From positions 786,562 through 850,561 of the forward strand of contig OY970266.1 of NCBI GenBank assembly GCA_963715695.1: a stretch of DNA of 64,000 nucleotides, written 5' to 3'. Position numbers and translations under genes: made by a program. The notes under the pieces were generated by a model. That model worked only from the letters and a program-made list of their open reading frames with translations. It searched no databases and was not told the DNA's origin. Each line of letters begins with the position of its first letter. Within the stretch, counting starts at the first letter, position 1. The stretch is from an uncultured Actinomycetes bacterium (GTDB lineage Bacteria; Actinomycetota; Thermoleophilia; Solirubrobacterales; Solirubrobacteraceae). Below, one piece after another: positions 54,739 to 64,000 of this stretch.

Positions 54739-55398
54739 TCAGCTTGCCTGCAGCGCCTCGACGCAGGTCCACAGCGCCTCCTCGACGCGCTACGCCGAGA
54801 CGCCGTCGACGCGCACCGCGAACAGCACGAGCGCAGTCGTGCGCACGCGTGACGACGACGCCTGGCGCGAGCTCGCCGAACAGCGGCGCGAGCGGCGCGC
54901 GTGCGTCGGCGACGACGATCCGGCCGGCGGGCAGCGGCAGGCCGTCCTCGCTGCCGCCGAGGCGCTCCTCCCGCTCGCGTCAGCCGCAGCTCGAGCGGCC
55001 CGTCGACGGCCGCCGCGTCGAGCGCCCACAGCGGCACGCCCGTCTCGACGAGCGCGATCGTGAGCGCGTCGTCGAGCCGGCTCTGCGACGCGAAGCCGCC
55101 ATGCACGAGCCGCTCGACGACTGCCGCCTCGATCGGCACGCGCGTCGTGTCGGGGTCGAGGCCGACGTGACGGAAGAAGACGCGGTAGGCGTGCGGGATC
55201 GGCTGCTGGCGCAGCGACGAGCGCGTCGGCGCCGCGGAAGCGGTTCGCGAGCACGTCGAGGTGCTCGCGCACGCCCTGCGGGCTGCGGGCGCCGAGCTTC
55301 GGCGGGGCGGCCACGGCGAGCGAGACGAGGCCGAGGCTCGGGAACTCCGCGCGCAGCTGCTCCGCGACCCAGCATTCCTGCGGCGCCGGCTCGCTCAT
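54739..55398 (-). CDS. B3/B4 (PheRS beta-subunit-related) domain protein (apparent frameshifts)
   Basis: AYRVFF..VGLDP, LDDAL...VETGVPLWALD. Confidence 0.65.
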
Positions 55399-56119
55399 CC
55401 GCCGCTCCCGGCCGGCGGCCGAGCCGCGCCCGTCGCGGGGGCGGGCCCCGCGAGCAGTGCGCGCACGCGCGTCGCGAGCCGTGCCGGCGTCGCAACCTGA
55501 CTCCCGAGCGTCGTCGCGCGCACGACTCCCCCACGCGCGGCGAACACGACCGTCGGGCAGATCGCGACGCCATAGACGTTGGCGACGGCGCCGTCGCGGT
55601 CCTGCGCGACCGGGAAGCGCCAGCCGTGCTGATGCACGAGCTTGCGCAGGTCGTTGCGGTCGCCGCGGATCGCGACGGCCGCGAAGCCGACCTGCGGGAA
55701 GCGCTGCGCGACCGCCTGCATCGTGTCCAGCTGGCGCACGCACTCGCCGGCGCCGGTCGTCAGGAAGCGCGAGCACGAGCGGGCCGCGCCGCTCGAGCGT
55801 GCAGACGTTGAGCGCGCGCGGGTCGGTCACCGCGCAGGCTGGCTTCGCGCCGGCGGTGCCCTCGTTGCGACGCGTCGGCGACGTTCGCGTCGCCGACGAG
55901 GTCGCTGACCGCGAGCGGCGCGGCGAACGGCGGCAGGTGGCTGCCGGGCGCCGGTCCCCGCGAGCCGGGCCCGCTCGTGCTGAGCGTGTTGTAGGTGATG
56001 TAGGCGAGCACCATCAACGCGACCACGCCGACGATCCAGCCCGAGCGGTTCGCCGGCGACCACGACGACGATCGTGCCGGCCGCTGCCTGCGCGGCCCGC
56101 CTGCCGGCGGCGCGCTCAC
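55395..56119 (-). CDS. Membrane-anchored redoxin/thioredoxin-fold protein (apparent frameshifts)
   Basis: TM anchor, PPFAAP, FPVAQDRDGAVANVYGVAICPTVVF. Confidence 0.65.
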
Positions 56120-58887
56120 GCGACCGGCGCCGGCGGGTGCGGCGCCGGGTGGCGCTGCGTGCGCCGGCCGCGCCGCAGCGCGATCCGGCCGCGGCACGCC
56201 GCCGCTCGGCCAGCACGAGCACGGACGGCAGCACGACGAGCACGCCGAGCAGCGAGACGGTCAGGTCCACGACCGTGACGATGCCGAAGTCGCGCAGCAT
56301 GCGGATGTCGGAGAACGCGAGCACGCCGAAGCCGGCGATCGCGGTCACGCCGGAGGCGAGCACGGCGCGGCCGGTCGAGCGGTAGGTGCGCGCGAGCGCG
56401 GCGGCCAGCTCGTGGCCGGCAGCGCGCTCCTGGCGGAAGCGCTCCGACAGCAGCACGCTGAACTCGGTCGAGATCGCGATCACGAGCGCGCCGAGCGTCG
56501 CCGACATCGGGTTGAGCGGCACGCGCGTCGCGTACAGCACGAGCGCCGACCAGCCGGTCGCGAGCGCGATCGGCACGAGCGGGACGAGCGCCCGCTCGGC
56601 GCGCCGGAAGACCGCGAGCAGCACGAGCCCGACGGCGAGCAGGCCGGCGAGCGAGGCGTCAGCAGCCGCCGCCACGACGAGGACAGGTCGGCGTTCGCCT
56701 GCGCGGCGATCACCGGCAGGCCGCCGAGCTGCGCGCTGACGCCGTCCGGCGGGTGCAGCTCGGCGCGCATCGCGTCGATCACGCGCTGCTGCTCGTCGAG
56801 CGCCATCAGGCGGATCCCGAACGCGAGCGTCGCGGCATCGCGGCCGCGCGTCAGCACGCCGGCGGAGAAGTACGGCGGCACGGAGGCGAGCAGCGTGTCG
56901 ATCGCGCTTCGCGCTCGTCGCGCTCGTGCCCTGGAACAGGTCCGGCAGCGAGAACGCCGGGCAGAGCGTCGCGGTCGCGGCAGCCCTTCGCCTCGGCGTA
57001 GCCGAAGTGGCTAAGGACACGCTGCTGGTAGTCGCTCATCCAGCGCACGACGCGCGGGCTGGCGACGTCCTTGCCGCGCACGAGCACGTCGATCTCGCCG
57101 GAGGAGTCGGTCGCGTCCTGCAGCGTCGTTGAGGTCGCGCAGCGCCGGCAGGTTCGGCCGGGACGAGCCGCTGCACGTCGGAGACGACGTGCGTCTGCGT
57201 GTCGGCGGTCCAGCCGAGCGCGGCGAGCGCGAAGGCGACGGCGAGCACGCGGCCGGGGCGGCGCAGGGAGGCGGCGAGGATGCGCGAGGCGACGCGACGG
57301 CGGCGGTGACGCGCCCGAGCGCGCGCAACGGTGCCGCGCGGGCGAGCGTCGCGTCCGGCGCCGGCGAGCAGCTCGCGCGCGCCGAGTGCCGCCGCGCTGC
57401 CCGCCCCCGCGACCGAGCGCCCCACGGCAGCGAGCCGGGCGGCCGCGGCAGCGACGCCCCGCGGCGACCGCGCGGAGCCGCCCGCGGTGCGCGGTGGCCG
57501 CCCGACGAGCGCGAGCGCGGCCGAGCCTGCAGTCAGCGCGCAGAGCGAACGCGAGCGCGATCCCGACGACCAGCAGCAGCCCGAAGCCGCGCACCATCGG
57601 CACCGGCGAGAGCAGCAGCACGAGGAAGCCGGCTGCCGGTCGCGAGCGCCGCGGTCGCGATCGTCGGCGCGCCGACGCAGGCCGCGGCGCGCACCGCGTC
57701 GGCGCCTTGCTTGCCGCGGGCGTGCTGCTCCTCGACGCGCGACTGGAACTGGATCGCGTAGTCGACCGCGAGGCCGATCAGCACCGGCAGCACGGCGATC
57801 GAGGCCATCGTGAGCGACGGCGCCGACGAGCGCCATCAGCGCCGAACGTGAGGCCGGCGGCGGCGAGCGCGACGAGCAGCGGCAGCAGCCGCAGGCGCGC
57901 ACGGAAGACGAGCAGCAGCGCGAGCGCCATCGCGATCACCGCGGCGATCAGCAGCACGCCGATCCCGCCCGTGACGGCGCTCGCGAGATCGCTCGCGACG
58001 ACCGGCACGCCGCTGACGACGTAGCTGCCGCCGTGCTTGGAGGCGAACAGCGGCATCCGCACTGCGGCGCGGATCAGCGCGATCGCGTGCGTGCGCTGCG
58101 CCGTCGTGAGGTCGGGCCGCAGCCGCACCTGGATCAGTGCTGCGTCGCGACTCGGGAAGAGGTAGGCGAAGCGTGCCTTCGGCACGTCGGCTCCGCGCGC
58201 CGGGTCGAAGACGATCTGGATCGATGAACGGCTTGCTGTCGATCTGCGGGATCCCCTGGATGCCGGAGCTGAGCGCGAGGCGCTCGAGGTCCGTCTGTCG
58301 CCTGCTGCGGCGCCGTGCGCGCGGGCCGCGGCGGCCGCCTGCTGCTGGGCCGCCGCGTCGAGGCCCTGCTGCTTCGCCTGGCGCGGCCGCGGCGGTCGCT
58401 GCCTGGTCGACGGACTTGCCGGCGCGCCTGCAGCTCGCCTGGATCGCCTGTCTGCACGGTGCTGACCGACTCGTTGAGGAACGTGCCGGGGCCGTAGACG
58501 ATGCTGCGCGGGCTTGAGCTTGGCGAGGCCGGCGCAGGGGCTGCTCGTCGCCGCCGTACGGCTTGCGCGCCCTTCGGCACGTTGCCGCCGAGGCAGCCCT
58601 CCAGCCGGATCGTGCGGCCGAGGTCAGTCGGTCAGCACGAGCTGCGTGACGCGGCTCGCGGATCAGCACGACGACTGCGTCGTCGCCGAAGCGGCTGTGC
58701 AGCGCGTCGGTCGCCTTGAATGCGGCCGACGAGCGGCTCGCGAGCGTGTCGGTGCCGGTGCTCGGCTCGAGCCCGAGCGCGAGCAGCCCCGCCGCGCGAG
58801 CGCGAGCGCGCCGACGATCAGCAGCACCGCGACGGGCCGGCCTGCGGCGGCCCGCGCGACGCGCTCGAGGCGGTCCCGCATCCGCAT
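56116..58887 (-). CDS. MMPL/RND-family lipid transporter (many apparent frameshifts)
   Basis: PVLIGLAVDYAIQF, VSGVPVV, PMVRGFG, GALVIAISTEF, MLRDFG fragments. Confidence 0.85.
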
Positions 58888-58889
58888 GG

Positions 58890-60470
58890 TCAAGCGGAGT
58901 CGACGCCAGCGGAGACGGCGAGGCGCGCGATCACGGCGACGCGTTCGCCCCCGGCGGCTTGCGCGACCACGTGCGGGTAGTCGGTGCCGTAGCCGGGCGT
59001 CGGCGCCCTGGGCGCGGCAGGCGGGCGCGGGGACGTTCGCGGGGTCGTTGCGGAAGGCGAAGTGGAGGATCAGCTCGCGGCCGAATCCGGCGTCAGGCCG
59101 CCGACGATCTCCGCGAAGGTTCGGTCGGCAGGTTCGGCACCGGCCGCGGCCCGCTCGCGCACTGGCGGTTCTCGAACACCGGCAGAGCCCGGTCTCGAGC
59201 GGCGTTCGAGCGCGCCGGGGAAGCGATAGGGGTTCGGCCGGTTCGTCGCGAGGCGCTGCGGGATAGATCGACAGGCCCTCCGGAGTCTGAGGACTGCGAG
59301 CGGTGCGCAGGTAGTGGATCGGAGCTGCCGGGCCCTCGAGGACGAACGCCTGCGTCGCCGCGACGATGTTGCCGACGAACCCGTCCAGCTCCGGCAGGTA
59401 CTGCGCGATGTAGCCGAGGAACGGGTTGAGGCTGCGCGTGAACGGGTCGAGCTGGCCGAGCGCCGGCCGCACGTCCGCGAGGAACCGGTCGGAACGCCGG
59501 CAGACCCGGTCTGCGCTGCGGTGATCAGCGGCCCGAGGTTGACGAAGAAGTCGCGGAACGGCGGCGCGAGGCGCCCGAGCGACTGCAGCGTCGGGCTCAG
59601 CTGGCGCGCGACCGGGCCGCAGCTGCGTGATGAGCGGGTCGTCTCGCGCGAGAAGCGGTTGAGCCGGTTCAGCGTCAGGACCGACTCGTGCTCGAACGTC
59701 GGGAACGCGCGGAACGTCGCCTGCGAGCTGCTGGTTGCGGTCGGCGATCGTGCCGAAGACCGTGTTCGAGTTGCGGATCAGGCTGGTCAGCTGGCTGCTG
59801 CGCTGCGCTGAGCGCGTCGAAGACGGTGCCGGTGTTGCGCACGAGCTGCTGGACGGCCTGGCTCTGCTGGTTCGAGCACGCGAGCAGCGTCGTTCGTGTC
59901 GCTCGGCGAACGGCGCGAGGTTGCCGAACGCGTTGTTGAGGTCCTGGCCCGCGCCCGCTGGATGCCGACGCGCGAGCGACTGCATCCAGATCTGGAAGGA
60001 GCGCGTCGTGAGCGGGTCGAGCGAGCGGAAGATCTCGTCGAGCTCGACCGTCTGCGTGACCTGCGAGACCGGGCAGCGGTGCCGTTCTCGGGCAGCAGGC
60101 CGTCGCGCTTGTTGCCCGGCGTCAGCTCGACGTACGTCTCGCCGAGCAGCGTCTTCTGACGCAGGATCGCGCGCGAGTCGCGCGGGATCGGCGCGTAGCG
60201 CTCGTCGAGCTGGATCGTCGCGTCGGTCGTGTCGCCGGGGCCGAGCGCGAGCTTGACGACCTTGCCGACGGGCACGCCGGAGATGCGCACGTCGGCCTGC
60301 TGGGCGAGCTGCGTCGCCTCGCCGAAGTGGACGTGGAAGCGGTAGCCCTTCGGCTTGAGCGGCAAGCCGCCGCCGAACGCGACCCACAGGTACAGGAGCA
60401 GGCCGAAGCAGGAGAGCGCGAAGCCCGCCATGACGAGGATGCGACCGAGTGTTGGTGCTTGCTTCTGCAT
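58890..60470 (-). CDS. Mce/MlaD family protein (frameshifted, 3' end approximate)
   Basis: TM anchor, ADVRISGVPVGKV, LRQKTLLGETYVELTPG. Confidence 0.85.
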
Positions 60471-61851
60471 CAGGGAGCCTCCGGAGCAGCTTGCTCGGAG
60501 GACAGAGGCCAGGCTTGGACTGCGTCGGCGCAGGCAAGTTCGTCAGCTGCGTGAGCAGCGAGAGGCCAGCGCTGGCAGTGCGTGTCAATGGTCCGCAGAG
60601 GCGTTCAGCGCCGCGAAGCCGTTGCAGTCCGATCGCCGAGCAGACCGCGACGGATCGCGCCCGATTGCGTCCTGCGAGCCGAGAAGACCGAGTTCGTGAT
60701 GTGGTTGAGCCATGCAAGGTAGAAGAGGTAGCCCTCGCTCTTGCCGGGCGGGTTGTACGCGAGCGCGTTGAGGAACGCGTTCAGCACGCCGAAGCGTCGT
60801 CGTCAGGTTCGGCGTCGCGGCTGCGAGGTTCGGCGGCCGCCGGCCGCAGCGTCTTGACGACGGGCGTCGCGGCACGCGTGAACGGCCGCATCTGGTTCTT
60901 GATGATCGGCGTCGTCTCGCGCAGGAACGGCCGCGTCGCGACGAGCGCCGGCCCGAGCGACTGCGCGCAACGGCTGCAGCGCGCTGAGCGCCGGCCCGGC
61001 CTGGTCGGCGAACGCCTTCGTCTTCACGAGCGCCGCGTCGGTCGTCGCGCAGCGCGGACGGCAGCAGCGGCGATCGTCTGCTGCAGGTTCGCGCTCCTGG
61101 TTGGCGAAGTGCTGGAAGACCGCGTTCGAGCTGTCGACGAATGTCGCCGAGCTGACTGGTCGCGCGCGGCGAGCGCCTGCGATGAAGATGCCGAAGTTGC
61201 GGATCGAGCGCTGGATGTACTGCGGCGCCGCGACACGAGCAGGCTCGTGAGCTTCGCGGTGTCCTGCGCGGTCGGCTCGAAGCGGCGGAAGACCTGCGCG
61301 AGGTCGCCGCCCTGCCCGGTGAGGCCCTCGCCGCGCCGTTGCAGCAGCAGCTGCAGGTAGGTGCGCGTGTCGGAGTCGAGCACGGCGAGGATCTCGTCGA
61401 GGTTCACGTCCGGCTGCGTGTTCGCGACGGGCACGGTGTAGCCGTCCTTCACCGGCTGACCGCCCGCCGGCGTGCCCGGGTCCAGCTCGACGACCATGTC
61501 CTTCAGGCCGGTCTTCGGGCGCAGCAGCATCGTCGCGTTCGGATAGATGTGGTCGTACTTCGTCTTGACCTGCATCGTCACGATCGCGCGGCCGTCGACG
61601 AGGTCGACGTTCGTGATCTCGCCGACCTGCACGCCGGCGATGTCGACCGTCTGCCCCTGGCCCGGCGTGATCGCCTGCGCTGTCGAGAACTCGCCCTTGA
61701 GCGTGAAGAACGACTTGCCGAAGACCGGCACCCAGCCGGGCAGGTTGATGCGCTGGTGCGCGAGCACGTAGACGCCGACGAAGGCAGCGACGAGCACGAG
61801 CGCGACGATCGCGACGAAGTCCCGCAGGTGCTTGCGGATCGCGGTCCTCAC
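60470..61851 (-). CDS. Mce/MlaD family protein (frameshifted)
   Basis: VDIAGVQVGEI, LRPKTGLKDMVVELDPG, VNLDEIL. Confidence 0.85.
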
Positions 61852-63436
61852 GGCGTGGCTCCCGTCGCGTCGTGCCGGCGCGGCCGAGACCAGCCGGGCT
61901 GGGATCGGCGGTGGAGCGGGGCCGTGCTCGGCAGGCGCCGCGTCCGGGACCAGCCTGCGACCCGTTCACGTCCGGCAGAGTGCTGGCGGAAGCACGGGAA
62001 GCGTCGGGTTTACGGGCGGCTGTTTCGTAGGGTAGATCGGGCTCGTGCCCAGCGGCTGGAACGTTGGCGTTGCCAACGAGCACGCCGCGCTGCTGCTGCG
62101 ACGTGCCGAGCTTGACGAGCTGTGACCCGCCACCGAGCGCGCCGCGGATGTAGCTGCCGTTGCCGTCAAAGCTCTCGCCCTCGCCGGCTGAGCCCGACCA
62201 TCCCCTCCCAGAACTCCTTGTAGTTCTCGACGATGCTGCCGTCGGGCCGGCGGTTCGTGAGCGCCCCGTCCTTCACGCCGATGTTGCCGGCCGGAATGAT
62301 CGTGTTCGAGAAGCAGCGGTCGGCCGCGTCGAGCTGCGGCAAGAACTTGATCGAGCTGCTCGTGAGCGCGGCGAGGTCTGCCGTCGCCGGCTGGAGCTGC
62401 GTCGAGCAGGCCCTGCAGCTCGTTCGGCGACAGCAGCGCGCGCGTCTGCGCGATCCACGGGAATGCAGCGTCGACCGTCGCCGGCGTCTCGCGCACGCCC
62501 GGCAGGATCTCACGCGCGAACGCGCGCGTCGGCGGGAACGAGGCGTCGAGGCTCATGAACGCGGCCCGTGCGTGCGTGACCGTCGGCCCGAGCAGCCCGA
62601 CAGCCGTCGAGAGCGCGGTGCTCTGCGCGGCGAACGCAGCCGGCCGTCGTGTTGAAGTTGACGATCAGCCCCTGCAGCTGGCGCTCGTGGCTGCGCAGCG
62701 CGCTGGTCAGCTTCGCGATCGACCCGATCGTGCGCGAGAGATCGTGCGGCTCGACGCCGAGCAGCGCGCTGTTGACGAGCGCGGTGCCCTGCAGCGCCTG
62801 TGCCGAGTAGTCGTACGTCTTGTTGAGCGCCTGCGCGCCGCGTCAGGCCCTTGACCTGCGGCGGCAGCGTCGCGTTCTGCTGCGGCAGTCGGCTTCGAGT
62901 TGAGCGCCTTGCCGTACTCGTCGAGCAGGTGCTGGAGGTCGGCGCGCGAGTCCGACTGCAGCGCAGTGAACAGCTCGTCGAGCTGCACGGGCGTCGCGGT
63001 CTGCGTCGACACCGATCGTGCCGCCTTCGGCGACCGTCGGTGCCGACGGCGAGCCCGGCTTGAGGTCGACGAAGAAGTTGCCCTCCAGGAAGATGCGCGG
63101 CCGGATCTTCAGCGTCGCGTCCTTGTGGATCGGCAGGCCGGCGTCGTAGATCTCCATCGTCACGTCGGAGAGGTTCGTGTGCCGGTAGCGCCCGACGTCG
63201 ACGACCTTGCCGACGTTGACGCCGGCGATGCGCACAGGCGAGCCGGGGCGCAGGTTGTTCGAGGACTGGAAGACCGCGTGGACGCGGTAGCCGTGCGTGA
63301 ACGGGATGTGCTTCGTGAAGGCGAAGTACACGGCGATCAAGACGAGCACGAGCGCGAGCAGGCCGACGCGGAAGCGACTCCAGGGCTGGCGCTGGCCGGG
63401 TGCGGTGCGTTCGGCGTGTGCGTGCGGTCGTGCCAT
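61848..63436 (-). CDS. Mce/MlaD family protein (frameshifted)
   Basis: GSPVRIAGVNVGKV, IRPRIFLEGNFFVDLKPG, VQLDELF. Confidence 0.85.
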
Positions 63437-64000
63437 CAGTCGTTGAGCTTTGCTGGAACGGTCGCCGGTCTTGGTCGGCGTCTGGCCAGGCGGATTGCCG
63501 ACCACCGTCTGTGCCGATGACGTACTTCTCGTTGCCGGCCAGCAGACGCTGTCCCTGCCCTGGCGCACCGACGAGCGGATACGGGTTCGCGTGCAGGTGG
63601 TTGTTGCGAGTCGGTCGGGACGCGGTCCGTTCGCAGGCGCGGACGCCGGACCGACCTCGCTGTTCGGACCGAGCGGCGGCGCCGATCGACGATGGCGCGC
63701 AGCCAGCTTGCCTTGGCCGCCGGTGTCACCGTCGCTCATCGATGCTCGCGGCGTTGCTCAGCAGCAGCGCCAAGGTAGCTGCAGTTGATCTGCGCGCCGG
63801 CGAGGTTCGTCGACCGTCGGCGACAGCTCCTGGACCGTGCCGAGCAGGCCGTGGATGCCGAGCGGCACCTGCGGGTCCTGCGCGAACGCCTGCAGCGATC
63901 TGCAGCGTCGCGCCAGCTCGTTGTTGAGCGAGGCGGCGCGCTGGACCTGCGTCGTGCCGACCGTGAAGGCGCTCGCGAGCAGCGGGCCCGGAGGTGCGCA
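63436..64000 (-). CDS. Probable further Mce/MlaD family protein, 3' part only (frameshifted)
   Basis: Pro-rich C-terminal region ending in a TGATG overlap with the next mce gene; N-terminal Mce domain not in window. Confidence 0.55.

Noticed and set aside
51850-64000. Apparent mass pseudogenisation of spt, MMPL and mce genes
   Set aside because: Indel density rises towards the window end across unrelated genes while motifs stay intact, so it is treated as sequencing artefact.

Overview
Very GC-rich chromosomal window from a deep-branching actinobacterium. Gene content and protein style suggest Thermoleophilia/Solirubrobacterales (Conexibacter-like); that assignment is inference. Positions 1-24 kb hold a mostly minus-strand housekeeping block (tilS-hpt-ftsH, folPBK, coaX, dusB-greA-lysS-clpC, radA-disA-carD-ispD), interrupted by accessory genes and two copies of a diverged MITE-like repeat. 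Positions 24-45 kb hold a multidomain peptidoglycan hydrolase, beta-oxidation genes, a Ca/H antiporter, MoxR/VWA, a BrnT-like toxin-antitoxin pair and a TPP-riboswitch thiamine-precursor ABC transporter. Positions 45-64 kb are the most interesting and contain three things: (i) a three-gene cassette of a small YLDxGSGS membrane peptide, a kinase-methyltransferase (NoeA-like) and an LtaS/EptA-like membrane phosphotransferase; (ii) a head-to-head serine palmitoyltransferase-like / bacterial ceramide synthase-like pair; (iii) an Mce/MlaD x4 - MMPL - redoxin - B3/4 operon. Many genes look leaderless. Frameshifts cluster at about 4.6-9.3 kb and beyond 51.8 kb and look like long-read sequencing errors, so boundaries there are approximate. 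All family calls come from motif recognition by eye; no database search was run.
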